Shown here one piece after another: positions 30,216 to 41,264 of a stretch of 64,000 nt of DNA. Numbering within the stretch: position 1 is the stretch's first letter; every line of letters starts with the position of its first letter. The translations under genes and the position numbers were made by a program. Under the pieces are notes generated by a model that ran no database searches, was not told the origin of the DNA, and worked only from the letters and a program-made list of their open reading frames with translations. The DNA is taken from NCBI GenBank assembly GCA_032654565.1, contig JAULAX010000015.1:960001-1024000 (forward strand). Direction: 5' to 3'. The DNA comes from Anaeromyxobacteraceae bacterium. Its GTDB lineage: Bacteria; Myxococcota; Myxococcia; Myxococcales; Anaeromyxobacteraceae.

Positions 30216-31631
30216 GTGAACTCGCACCTCCAGACCGGCGACGTGGTCGACGGCTTCAGGCTGGGCGAGCAGCTCCACGGCGGGGGGATGGGGCGCATCT
30301 TCCGGGCCACGCCGCCGCCCGGGGAGGCCGGGCCCAACTTCCCGCTGGTCATCAAGCTGCCGCGGCTCGGCCCCGGGGAGCCCTCGGAGACGGTGGTCAC
30401 CTACGAGATGGAGGCCATGGTCCACGCCGCCCTCTCCGGCCCGCACGTCCCCCGCCTGGTGGCCACGGGCGACCTGGCGGTCCAGCCCTACCTGGTGATG
30501 GAGTTCGTGGAGGGGCGCTCGCTCAAGGACTGGGTCGGCCGCGGTCCGGTCGACCCGGGCGAGGTGGCGCGGCTGGGGGCGGCGCTGGCCCGGGCCATCC
30601 ACGCGCTCCACCAGCAGGAGGTGGTGCACCTCGACGTCAAGCCGGCCAACGTCATCATCCGCCCGGACGGCGAGGCGGTGCTCGTCGACTTCGGGCTGGC
30701 CCACCACGCCCACTTCCCCGACCTGCTCACCGAGGAGTTCCGCCACCCCATGGGCTCGGGGCCCTACATCTCGCCGGAGCAGGTGCTGGGGGTGCGCCAC
30801 GATCCCCGCAGTGACCTCTTCGCGCTCGGCGTCGTCCTCTACCAGCTGGTCACCGGCCACTACCCCTTCGGCTCCCCCCACACCCAGCGCGGCCTGCGGA
30901 CCCGGCTCTGGCAGGTGCCGCTGGCGCCGCGCCGGCTGGTGCCCGGCTGCCCGCCGTGGCTGCAGGAGGTGATCCTGGGCTGCCTCGAGCCCCAGGGCGC
31001 CGATCGCCATCCCTCGGCGGCGCAGGTGGCCATCGACCTGGCCCACCCCGACCAGGTGACGGTGGGGGAGCGGGGGCGGCGGCTGCTCCAGCCGGCCCTC
31101 TGGGCGCTGGCGAAGCGCTGGGTGATGGCGGCCGGCTACGAGCCCTCGCCGCTGGAGCGCCCCAGCCAGCAGCTGGCCACCGCCTCGATCGTGCTGGCGG
31201 CGGTGCCCACGCTGCACAAGAACGAGCGGCGCTTCCAGGCGCTGCGCGAGGTGGTGCAGCGGCTGCTGGCCAGCGACCCCGACCGCAGGCTCACCTGCGT
31301 CTCGGTCATCCCCCCGGTCTCGGGGCTGGCCGGCGGCAAGGAGGAGGAGGCCGGCACCTCGCAGCGCATCGAGCACCTGGTCCGGCTGCGCCACTGGGCC
31401 GAACCGCTGGGGCTGCCGGCGGCGCGGATCAGCTACCACGTCATCGAGGGTGGGGATCCGGCCGCGGCCCTGCTCGACTACGCCCGCTTCAACCAGGTGG
31501 ACCACCTGGTGATCGGCGCGCCGCCGGCCGAGGTGACGCTGAAGGCCGGCTTCATCTCCACGCGGGTGGCCGCCGAGGCCCCCTGCACGGTGACGGTGGT
31601 GCGGGTCCGCGCCGGCCCCCGGGATGGCTAG
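30216..31631 (+). CDS. Bifunctional Ser/Thr kinase - universal stress protein domain
   Basis: HGGGMGRIF, VIKLP, HLDVKPAN, DFG, YISPEQ; C-terminal USP (IVLAAV...GDPAAALLDYA..VDHLVIGA..VAAEAPCTVTVVR). Confidence 0.88.
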   Translation: MNSHLQTGDVVDGFRLGEQLHGGGMGRIFRATPPPGEAGPNFPLVIKLPRLGPGEPSETVVTYEMEAMVHAALSGPHVPRLVATGDLAVQPYLVMEFVEGRSLKDWVGRGPVDPGEVARLGAALARAIHALHQQEVVHLDVKPANVIIRPDGEAVLVDFGLAHHAHFPDLLTEEFRHPMGSGPYISPEQVLGVRHDPRSDLFALGVVLYQLVTGHYPFGSPHTQRGLRTRLWQVPLAPRRLVPGCPPWLQEVILGCLEPQGADRHPSAAQVAIDLAHPDQVTVGERGRRLLQPALWALAKRWVMAAGYEPSPLERPSQQLATASIVLAAVPTLHKNERRFQALREVVQRLLASDPDRRLTCVSVIPPVSGLAGGKEEEAGTSQRIEHLVRLRHWAEPLGLPAARISYHVIEGGDPAAALLDYARFNQVDHLVIGAPPAEVTLKAGFISTRVAAEAPCTVTVVRVRAGPRDG

Positions 31632-31717
31632 GTCGAAGCCCGCCTGCAGAAAGGCGCACCCCGCGACCGGATCGGTGCGGAATGCGCTCCTGGTGCTGCG
31701 GGGCTGGCGCCGGGCGA

Positions 31718-31909
31718 CTACCCCTTGCGGTTCATGAACTTGAGCATCAGCCAGATGACCACGCCCATGGCCGAGACGCCGCCGAGCAGGTAGAGCAGCG
31801 GCCCGATCCCCTGCATGTCGCCCATCCCCTCGGGCCCCTCGGAGGCGACGGCCACGGTGGCCAGGGTGGAGCAGACGACGGCGGCGGCGGTGCGGACGGA
31901 CAGCTTCAT
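31718..31909 (-). CDS. Small 63-aa protein with signal peptide and one TM helix
   Basis: ATG 31909 with GAGGAG RBS; MKLSVRTAAAVV..AVA signal; hydrophobic C-terminal helix followed by KFMNRKG. Confidence 0.6.
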   Translation of the reverse strand: MKLSVRTAAAVVCSTLATVAVASEGPEGMGDMQGIGPLLYLLGGVSAMGVVIWLMLKFMNRKG

Positions 31910-31981
31910 GGAGAGGCTCCTCGCGGATGCGGGCCTCATCGCTCGTGCGGTGCGGCCGGGTTGGGTGCGGCAATCTAGCAC

Positions 31982-32024
31982 AAAAAGAGAGCGGCCCCCG
32001 GCGCCTCGAGGCACCGGGGGCCGC
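31982..32024 (-). terminator. Rho-independent terminator of the MFS gene
   Basis: GCGGCCCCCGG-TGCC-TCGA-GGCG-CCGGGGGCCGC hairpin followed by TCTCTTTTT on the minus strand. Confidence 0.85.
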
Positions 32025-32044
32025 CGTTCAAACCTGCGCCGCCA

Positions 32045-33715
32045 CTAGTCGGAGTGGTGGATGGAACCCTGGGTGTCGGTGTCCTTCATGAACAGCGAGC
32101 CGACCACGAAGGTCATCAGGGCGATGGTGATGGGGTACCAGAGGCCGTAGTAGATGTCGCCGGTGGCCGCCACCAGGGCGAAGGCGATGGTGGGCAGGAA
32201 GCCGCCGAACCAGCCGTTGCCGATGTGGTACGGGAGCGACATCGAGGTGTAGCGGATCTTGGCCGGGAACAGCTCGACCAGCCAGGCGCCGATGGGGGCG
32301 TACACCATGGTCACGTAGATGACGAGGATGACCAGCAGCAGGGTCACCATCGGCACGTTGACGCGGCTCATGTCGGCCTTGGCCGGGTACATCTTGGTGG
32401 CGCCGGTGATGGCCTTGGCCAGCTCGGCGTTCTTGGCCTTGAAGTCGGCCCCGGCGGCGTTGCCGTCGAAGCTCTCCACCTTCACGTCGCCGACCTTCAT
32501 GTACGCCAGCGTGCCGGCCGGAGCCGCCTCGTTGAGGTACGGGATGGCCTTCTTGGCGAGGATCGACTTCACCTGGTCACAGGAAGACTTGAAGGTCTTC
32601 TTGCCGATGGGGTCGAACTGGAAGGCGCAGTCGTCCGGATCGGCGACCACGGTGACCGGGCTGGCGGCCTGCGCCTCGGCGAGCCCCGGGTTGGCGTAGT
32701 GGGTCAGGGCCTTGAAGATGGGGAAGTAGGTCAGGGCGGCGATCAGGCAGCCGGCCATGATGATCCACTTGCGGCCGATCCGGTCGGAGAGCGCGCCGAA
32801 GACGATGAAGAAGGGCGTGCCGATGATCAGCGCGAAGGCCACGATGAGGTTGGCCGCCTGCGACTCGAGCTTGAGGATCTGGAGCAGGAAGAAGAGCTCG
32901 TAGAACATGCCCGTGTACCAGACCACGCCCTGGCCGGCGACGCCGCCGAAGAGGACCAGGAGCACGATCTTGAGGTTGCCCCAGCGCAGGAACGACTCGG
33001 TCAGGGGGGCGCGGGAGACCTTGCCCTCCTCCTTCATCCGCTTGAAGACCGGCGACTCGTTCAGCTTGAGCCGGATCCAGACGGAGACGGCCACCAGCAG
33101 GGCGGAGAGCAGGAACGGGATGCGCCAGCCCCAGTCCTCGAAGGCGGCGGTGCCCATCGCCAGGCGGCAGGAGAGGATGACGATCAGCGACAGGAACAGG
33201 CCGAGGGTCGCGGTGGTCTGGATGAAGGCCGTGAAGAAGCCGCGCTTGCCGTTGGGGGCGTGCTCGGCCACGTAGGTGGCGGCGCCGCCGTACTCACCGC
33301 CGAGCGCCAACCCCTGGAGGATGCGCATGGTGATGAGGATGATCGGCGCCGTGATGCCGATCGAGTTGTAGTTGGGCAGGATGCCGACGATGACGGTGGC
33401 ACCGCCCATCAGCAGGATGGTGACGAGGAAGGTGTACTTGCGGCCGATCAGGTCGCCGATGCGGCCGAAGACGATGGCGCCGAAGGGGCGGACGAAGAAG
33501 CCGGCGGCGAAGGCGAGCAGCGCGAAGATGAACGAGGTGGTCTCGTTGGTGGCCACGAAGAACTGCTTGGAGATGATCGCGGCCAGCGAACCGTACAGGT
33601 AGAAGTCGTACCACTCGAAGACGGTGCCCAGGGAGGAGGCGAAGATGACCATCCGCTCTTCCTTGGTGATCCCGGCTCCCTTGCCCGGGACATTTGCCAC
33701 ATTCGACTCAGCCAT
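32045..33715 (-). CDS. MFS transporter, metabolite:H+ symporter (MHS) family
   Basis: SSLGTVFEWYDFYLYG, FGRIGDLIGRK, QGLALGGEYGGA, ELFPAKIRYTSMSLPYHIGNGWFGG; CAFQFDP insertion. Confidence 0.9.
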   Translation of the reverse strand: MAESNVANVPGKGAGITKEERMVIFASSLGTVFEWYDFYLYGSLAAIISKQFFVATNETTSFIFALLAFAAGFFVRPFGAIVFGRIGDLIGRKYTFLVTILLMGGATVIVGILPNYNSIGITAPIILITMRILQGLALGGEYGGAATYVAEHAPNGKRGFFTAFIQTTATLGLFLSLIVILSCRLAMGTAAFEDWGWRIPFLLSALLVAVSVWIRLKLNESPVFKRMKEEGKVSRAPLTESFLRWGNLKIVLLVLFGGVAGQGVVWYTGMFYELFFLLQILKLESQAANLIVAFALIIGTPFFIVFGALSDRIGRKWIIMAGCLIAALTYFPIFKALTHYANPGLAEAQAASPVTVVADPDDCAFQFDPIGKKTFKSSCDQVKSILAKKAIPYLNEAAPAGTLAYMKVGDVKVESFDGNAAGADFKAKNAELAKAITGATKMYPAKADMSRVNVPMVTLLLVILVIYVTMVYAPIGAWLVELFPAKIRYTSMSLPYHIGNGWFGGFLPTIAFALVAATGDIYYGLWYPITIALMTFVVGSLFMKDTDTQGSIHHSD

Positions 33716-33884
33716 TTCGTCAAACCTCGAAGATAGGAGTTGGGGGTGAGGCGGGGGGCCGCGAGAAGCCGACGTTCCTACCACGGCTGGTTTCGGGCAA
33801 ACAAGGTTTCACGCAAAGCCAGCGCGCAAAAAATGGGGCGTGGAATGCCAGAGTTGCACGGCGATCAGGCCTCGGCGTGAAATC

Positions 33885-33902
33885 AACTTGATAGGTCAAG
33901 TT
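33885..33902. promoter_or_regulatory. Perfect inverted repeat, candidate regulator site
   Basis: AACTTGA-TAGG-TCAAGTT in the AT-rich region upstream of the MHS transporter. Confidence 0.45.
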
Positions 33903-33956
33903 CGTCGAGCCACCTTTGGCGACACGGGAATTCCGAAATGCGCAAGATTGACGCAA

Positions 33957-35117
33957 TCAGACGAAACGCGCCCTGCGCAGCAGGAGCAGGGCGCCGGCGA
34001 GCGGCAGCAGCTCGATGGCTCCCGCCCACGCGAAGAGGGGAGGCGCGCGTCCGAAGTGGTCGAGCGCCAGCCCGGCCAGCTGGTAGCCGGCGGCGTTGCC
34101 GACGCCGAAGACCACCGCCGTGAAGAGCGCCTGCCCGGTGGCGCGCAGGGGGATGGGCACCAGCCGCGACATCGCCTCCACCGAGCAGCTCCAGAAGAGG
34201 CCGAAGGTGAGCCCGTGGAGGAGCTGCAGGGAGATCACGCCGGCGGCCCCTTCGGCCTGCGACAGGGCCAGCCAGCGGACCGCCGAGCCGGCGAAGGCGG
34301 TGGCGAAGAGCCCGGTCAGCGACCAGCGGGCGGCCAGCCGCGGGAAGGCCAGCAGCACCGCCACCTCGGCCAGCACCCCCACCCCCATCCCCAGGCCGGT
34401 GACCACCGACGGCAGGGCCCGGTCGCGCACCAGCAGGCCGAAGAAGAGGTGGAAGGGGGCGCAGGCCAGCCAGTGGATGGCGCCGCCGGCCAGCAGCAGC
34501 AGCAGCCGACGGTCGCCGAGCAGGGTCCGGACCGCCAGCCAGTCGGGGCGCTCGCCACCCGGCGGTGCGGCACGGGGCAGGCCGCGCACCGCCAGGGCGT
34601 AGCCGGCCACCAGCGAGAGGATCACCCAGGGCACCAGCGGGTCGGCCGGCCGATCTCCCCGCCAGGCCAGCAGCCCCCCGACCAGCAGCGCCAGCACCGC
34701 GAAGCCCAGCGAACCGCCCACCCGGATCCGGGCGTAGCTGCGCCCCGGGGCCCGGCCGACGTGGGCCATGGTGAGCGAGTCGAGCAGCGGCACCACCGCC
34801 CGGTCGCCCAGCGACTGGACCAGCACCACCGCCCCCATGGCCAGCGGCGTCGCCGCCCAGGGGAGGAAGAGGGCGGCCCCCAGCGAGACCAGCGTGGCCA
34901 GGCCGAGGACCCGCTCCGGCGCGCCGATCCGGTCGGCCAGCGCCGCCCAGCCCAGCGCCGCCGCCGGGGCCACCAGCGGGGCCAGCATCTGCACGGTGCC
35001 GATGGCGCTCCCCGAGAAGCCGAGGTCGCGCAGGTACGGGGCGAAGTAGGGGAGGGTGGTCCCGACCGCGCCGTAATAGAGGAAGTAGATGAGGCGCAGC
35101 CGCCACGCGGGAGCCAT
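33957..35117 (-). CDS. MFS transporter (MFS_1-like / HcaT-like)
   Basis: YFLYYGAVG..PYFAPYL, YARIRVGGSLGF, GVLAEV, QLLHGLTFG, ATGQALF. Confidence 0.85.
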   Translation of the reverse strand: MAPAWRLRLIYFLYYGAVGTTLPYFAPYLRDLGFSGSAIGTVQMLAPLVAPAAALGWAALADRIGAPERVLGLATLVSLGAALFLPWAATPLAMGAVVLVQSLGDRAVVPLLDSLTMAHVGRAPGRSYARIRVGGSLGFAVLALLVGGLLAWRGDRPADPLVPWVILSLVAGYALAVRGLPRAAPPGGERPDWLAVRTLLGDRRLLLLLAGGAIHWLACAPFHLFFGLLVRDRALPSVVTGLGMGVGVLAEVAVLLAFPRLAARWSLTGLFATAFAGSAVRWLALSQAEGAAGVISLQLLHGLTFGLFWSCSVEAMSRLVPIPLRATGQALFTAVVFGVGNAAGYQLAGLALDHFGRAPPLFAWAGAIELLPLAGALLLLRRARFV

Positions 35118-35137
35118 CTGGTAGGCTGGCACATACC

Positions 35138-36088
35138 ATGGCGCTCGCAGGCGTGGTCCTCTGCGCCGGGCTCGGCACCCGGCTCCGTCCCCTCACCGCG
35201 CTCCTGCCCAAGCCGGCCGTGCCGGTCTGCCAGGTGCCGCTGATCCGCCACGCCCTCGGCCTGCTGGCCGGGGCCGGGATCCGGCGGGTGGTGGTCAACG
35301 TCCACCACCAGCCCGAGGCCATGGCGGCGGCGGCCCGGGCCGCGGCCGAGGAGCTGGGGCTGGCGCTGGCCATCTCCCACGAGCCGGTCATCGCCGGCAC
35401 CGGCGGGGCGCTGCGCGAGGCGGCGCCGCTGCTCGCCGGGGCCGAGGCGGTGGTGGTGCTGAACGGCGACGTGCTCTTCGACGCCGACCTGCACGCCGCG
35501 CTGGCCGCCCACCGCGCCAGCGGGGCGCTGGCGACCATGGCGCTCCTCCCCATGCCGGCCGGGGCCGGCTACGCCTCGGTGGAGCTCGACGCCAGGGGGC
35601 GGGTGCGGCGCATCGCCGGGAGGTTCGGGCCGGGCGGCGAGGGGCTGACCCCCTGGCACTTCCCCGGCCTCTCCGTGATCTCGCCGGCGCTGCTGCCGCT
35701 CATCCCGGCCGCCCCCTTCGAGTGCGACATCCACCGCGACGTCTACCCGCCGCTGATGGGGCGCGGGCTGGTGCGGGGGCTGGTCACCTGCGGCGCCTGG
35801 AGCGACCTCGGGACGCCGGCCAGCTACCTGGCCGCCAACCTCGAGGTGGCCGCCGGGCGCTTCCCGCTGGCCCGCTTCGGCCTGCCGGCGCCGCGCCGCA
35901 TCGCCGGGAGCGCCCGGATCGAGCCCGGCGCCCAGGTGGGGGAGGCGGTGGTCATCGGCGAGGGGTGCCTGGTGCCGGCCGGCGCCCGCCTCGACCGGGC
36001 CGTCCTCTGGCCCGGCACGCGGCTGCGGGAGGGCGAGGTGCTGGTCGATGCGGTGGCCGCCGGCGAGCTGCGTGTGGCCGCGGAGTAG
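35138..36088 (+). CDS. Sugar-phosphate nucleotidyltransferase, MurU-like
   Basis: LCAGLGTRLRPLT..PKP, VNVHH, EPVIAGTGGAL, NGD, WSDLGTP; short C-terminal beta-helix. Confidence 0.82.
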   Translation: MALAGVVLCAGLGTRLRPLTALLPKPAVPVCQVPLIRHALGLLAGAGIRRVVVNVHHQPEAMAAAARAAAEELGLALAISHEPVIAGTGGALREAAPLLAGAEAVVVLNGDVLFDADLHAALAAHRASGALATMALLPMPAGAGYASVELDARGRVRRIAGRFGPGGEGLTPWHFPGLSVISPALLPLIPAAPFECDIHRDVYPPLMGRGLVRGLVTCGAWSDLGTPASYLAANLEVAAGRFPLARFGLPAPRRIAGSARIEPGAQVGEAVVIGEGCLVPAGARLDRAVLWPGTRLREGEVLVDAVAAGELRVAAE

Positions 36089-36105
36089 GCGCCGCGGCGA
36101 GGCCG

Positions 36106-37941
<1,836 letters not shown>

Positions 37942-38021
37942 CACCGGCTTATACCGCGGGAGGGGGCCCGGTGGTCGGGATCGTGACCTCGGCCCCGGAT
38001 CGTGCTCTCCTCCTCCCCGCC

Positions 38022-39173
38022 GTGAACCAGCGCCCCCGCCTCGCCAGCTCCCTCCTGGCCGGACTCCTCGCCGTGGCCGCCGCCGCCTGGGTCCGCGGCG
38101 TGGCGGTGGAGCGGCTGCCGCCCGACTACGACGAGTTCGCCTACCTCCCGGCCGCCTTCCGCTACGCCGAGCGGATGGTCCCGGGGCGCTGGGGGGAGAT
38201 CCCCGGCGTCACCGAGAACGAGGAGCACCCGCCGCTCTGCAAGCTGGCCTACGCCGCGGTGCTGAAGCGGACCGGGGCGGCCGAGCCGGAGTGGGACCGG
38301 GTCGAGGTGGGCAAGCCGACGCCGGCGGCGGCGCGCCCCGCCTTCACCGCGACGCGGACCTTCTCGGCGGTCACCGGCGTGCTGCAGGTGCTCCTCGAGG
38401 CGCTGGTCTCCCCGCTGGGCGCGCTCTGGCTGGCCTTCGACACCTACCACGCCAAGTACACGGCCCAGGCCTACATCGAGGGGCTCCCCGGGCTCTTCGC
38501 CATCCTCGCGGTGCTGCTCTTCGAGCGGGCGCTGCGCGAGCGCCAGACCGGCGGGCTGGTGCCGGCCCGGCCCACCCTGGCCCCGGGGCCGCTGCTGGCC
38601 GCCGCGGTGATGCTCGGCCTGGCCGCCGCCGGCAAGTACCCCTACGGCCTGGTGCTGCTGCTGGCCTTCCTCCCCTTCCTGCTGCTGCGCGGGCACGACA
38701 AGCCCTGGCTGCTGGCCGGGGCGGGCGCGGTGGCGCTGCTGGCCTTCGTCGCCGCCGACCCGTACCTCTGGGACGACACCGTCGACCGGGTCTGGAACTC
38801 GGTGGCCTTCCACTTCAGGTACTCGCAGAACGAGCACGTCAGGAAGAGCGGGCTGCCCTGGTGGTACCAGCTCTACTACCTGACCCGGTCGACGCCGGTC
38901 CGCTGGCACCCCGGCGTCTTCCCCTTCGGCTGGCTCGACGTGCTGCTGCTGCCGGCGGCGGCGCTGGGCGTCCCGTACGCGGCGCGCCACCGCCCGGTCT
39001 GGCTGGCCTGGGCCGTGGTCGGCCTGCTCTTCCTGCTGGCCTGGCCGACCAAGTGGCCGCAGTACACGCTGCTGGCCCGCCCTCCGCTCACCGTGCTGGC
39101 CGGGCTGGGGCTGGTGGCGATGAAGGATCGGCTCCTCGGCGGGCGCCGGCGGTCCGGGCCGGCCAGGCTGTAG
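38022..39173 (+). CDS. GT-C fold membrane glycosyltransferase-like protein (PMT/ArnT-like)
   Basis: TM1 followed by PDYDEFAY and EHPPLCK; multiple TMs; KY and KWPQY motifs. Confidence 0.65.
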   Translation: MNQRPRLASSLLAGLLAVAAAAWVRGVAVERLPPDYDEFAYLPAAFRYAERMVPGRWGEIPGVTENEEHPPLCKLAYAAVLKRTGAAEPEWDRVEVGKPTPAAARPAFTATRTFSAVTGVLQVLLEALVSPLGALWLAFDTYHAKYTAQAYIEGLPGLFAILAVLLFERALRERQTGGLVPARPTLAPGPLLAAAVMLGLAAAGKYPYGLVLLLAFLPFLLLRGHDKPWLLAGAGAVALLAFVAADPYLWDDTVDRVWNSVAFHFRYSQNEHVRKSGLPWWYQLYYLTRSTPVRWHPGVFPFGWLDVLLLPAAALGVPYAARHRPVWLAWAVVGLLFLLAWPTKWPQYTLLARPPLTVLAGLGLVAMKDRLLGGRRRSGPARL

Positions 39174-39192
39174 CCTCCCCCGGCCGCGCCGA

Positions 39193-39897
39193 TCAGCGCG
39201 CCGCGCCGGTGTCGAGCACCACCGCCCCGGTGCCGTCGGTGGCGCGCAGCCGTCGGATGTCGACCACCAGCGCCGGCGCGCCGTCCACCAGCTGGGCCGC
39301 CACCGGCTCCACCTCCAGGTCGAGGGTGAGGGTCCGCGAGGGGTCGCGTCGCAGCAGCCCCCGGGCCGCGGCCTCGTCCACCGGCAGCAGGGCCTGGGCG
39401 TCGCCGTCGCGGAAGACCAGCAGGTAGCGCCGCTCCAGGAAGCAGTAGTTGAAGGCATCGAAGCGGATCACCGCCCCGGCCTTGAGGACGGTGCGGAACC
39501 CGCCGCCCTTCGGGTCCCAGGGGCCGAGGGGCTGGCGCACCTGCACCTGCCAGCCCGGCGCCGCCGCCACCCGCGCGGCCTCGGCGGCCAGCCGCGCCGC
39601 CGCCTCCTGGACGGCCACGGCGCGCGCCTCCACCCCGCGCACCTCGCAGAGGTCCGGCCAGGCCAGCGCCAGCTCGGCCGGCGCCGGGGTGCCGGCGAGC
39701 TGGTGGTGGAGCAGCGCCACCTGCAGCGCGCCCAGCGGCGAGGTGGCCGCCCACGGATCGACGGCGTCCCCCCCGGCCTTCCCGCCCCAGGCGCCGGGGA
39801 GGCCTGCGCAGGCGGCCAGCCCCAGCGCGGCGGCGGCGACGGCGCCGAGGTCGGCGAGGCGCCTGGCGGCGCCCCTCCGGCCAGGGTTCAGGCCCAT
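39193..39897 (-). CDS. Hypothetical lipoprotein
   Basis: C-terminal part of track ORF 39193..41952, from ATG 39897; LAAC lipobox; overlaps the tnaA stop. Confidence 0.6.
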   Translation of the reverse strand: MGLNPGRRGAARRLADLGAVAAAALGLAACAGLPGAWGGKAGGDAVDPWAATSPLGALQVALLHHQLAGTPAPAELALAWPDLCEVRGVEARAVAVQEAAARLAAEAARVAAAPGWQVQVRQPLGPWDPKGGGFRTVLKAGAVIRFDAFNYCFLERRYLLVFRDGDAQALLPVDEAAARGLLRRDPSRTLTLDLEVEPVAAQLVDGAPALVVDIRRLRATDGTGAVVLDTGAAR

Positions 39898-41258
39898 TCG
39901 AACTCCGCGGTGAAGTGGCGCAGGTACTTGCCCTGCCTGGTGAAGCGGACGCCGCGGACCTGCGAGGCCGTCGCCTTGAGCTCGCAGATGACCTCGGCGG
40001 CGTAGTCGAAGTGGCTCTGGGTGTAGACCCGGCGCGGGAAGGCCAGCCGCACCAGGTCGAGGTGGTGGAAGGTCTCGGTGCCGTCGTCGAGCCGCCGGCC
40101 GAACATCACCGAGCCGATCTCGACGCCGCGCAGCCCGCCCTCCAGGTAGAGCGCGGCGCAGAGCGACCAGGCCGGGTACTGCTCCGGCGGCAGGTGGGGG
40201 AGGAAGGCCCGGGCGTCGAGGTAGACGGCGTGGCCGCCGGTCGGCTCGACGATCCGCACCCCGCCGGCCAGCAGCTTCTCGCCGAGGTACTCGGCGGTGC
40301 GCAGCCGGTAGCGCAGGTAGTCCTCGTCGAGCACCTCCTGCAGGCCGGTGGCCATGGCCTCCAGGTCGCGGCCGGCCAGCCCGCCGTAGGTGGGGAACCC
40401 CTCGGTGAGGATGAGCAGGTTGCGGGCGGCCTCCACCCAGCGGTCGTCGCGCAGGGCGATGAAGCCGCCGATGTTGACCAGGCCGTCCTTCTTGCCGCTC
40501 ATGGTGCAGGCGTCGGCCAGCGAGAAGACCTCCTGCGCGATCTCCTTGACGGTCCGGTGCTGCTGCCCCGGCTCGCGCAGCTTGATGAACATGGCGTTCT
40601 CGGCGAAGCGGCAGGCGTCGATGACCAGCGGCTTGCCGAAGCGGGCCAGCAGCGCCCGGTAGGCGCGCAGGTTCGAAAGCGACACCGGCTGGCCGCCGCC
40701 GGAGTTGTTGGTGATGGTGATCATGCCGAAGGGGATGCGGGGGGCCTGGGCCTGCAGCAGCGCCTCGACGGCGGCCAGGTCGATGTTCCCCTTGAAGGGG
40801 TGGAGGCTCGCCGCCTCGCGCCCCTCGGCGATCACCAGGTCGAGCGCCTCGACGCCGCCGTGCTCGAGGTTGGCGCGGGTGGTGTCGAAGTGGGTGTTGC
40901 TGGGGACCAGGTCGCCGGGGCGGGTGGCCACCGAGAAGAGGATGCGCTCGGCGGCCCGCCCCTGGTGGGTGGGGATGACGTGGCGGCAGCCGGTCAGGTC
41001 GCGCACCACCGCCTCGAGCCGGTAGAAGCTGCGGGCCCCGGCGTAGCTCTCGTCCCCCTCCATCAGGGCCGCCCACTGGCGCGCCGACATGGCCCCGGTG
41101 CCGGAGTCGGTGAGGAAGTCGAGGAGCACGTCGTCGGCGCGGAGCGCGAAGACGTTGAGGCGGGCCTCCTCCAGCAGCCGGGCCCGCTCCTCGCGGGTGG
41201 TCATCCGGATGGGCTCGACCATCTTGATCCGGAAGGGCTCGATCCTGGTGCGGGGCAT
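39888..41258 (-). CDS. tnaA: Tryptophanase
   Basis: EPFRIKMVE, TDSGT, GDESYAG, HQGRAAE, MSGKKD, EGFPTYGGL. NTHFDTT, EIGSVMFGR and LRHFTA are Trpase-type rather than tyrosine phenol-lyase-type residues. Confidence 0.88.
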   Translation of the reverse strand: MPRTRIEPFRIKMVEPIRMTTREERARLLEEARLNVFALRADDVLLDFLTDSGTGAMSARQWAALMEGDESYAGARSFYRLEAVVRDLTGCRHVIPTHQGRAAERILFSVATRPGDLVPSNTHFDTTRANLEHGGVEALDLVIAEGREAASLHPFKGNIDLAAVEALLQAQAPRIPFGMITITNNSGGGQPVSLSNLRAYRALLARFGKPLVIDACRFAENAMFIKLREPGQQHRTVKEIAQEVFSLADACTMSGKKDGLVNIGGFIALRDDRWVEAARNLLILTEGFPTYGGLAGRDLEAMATGLQEVLDEDYLRYRLRTAEYLGEKLLAGGVRIVEPTGGHAVYLDARAFLPHLPPEQYPAWSLCAALYLEGGLRGVEIGSVMFGRRLDDGTETFHHLDLVRLAFPRRVYTQSHFDYAAEVICELKATASQVRGVRFTRQGKYLRHFTAEFEWA

Positions 41259-41264
41259 GTGGCC

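Noticed and set aside
37942..38021. glmS ribozyme
   Set aside because: No room for it: a -10-like box sits 6 nt from the ATG and the divergent gene starts within 80 nt.
39888..41258. Tyrosine phenol-lyase assignment
   Set aside because: Despite MSGKKD, the specificity positions (FDTT, no TPL-type Arg in EIGSVMFG, LRHFT) match tryptophanase.
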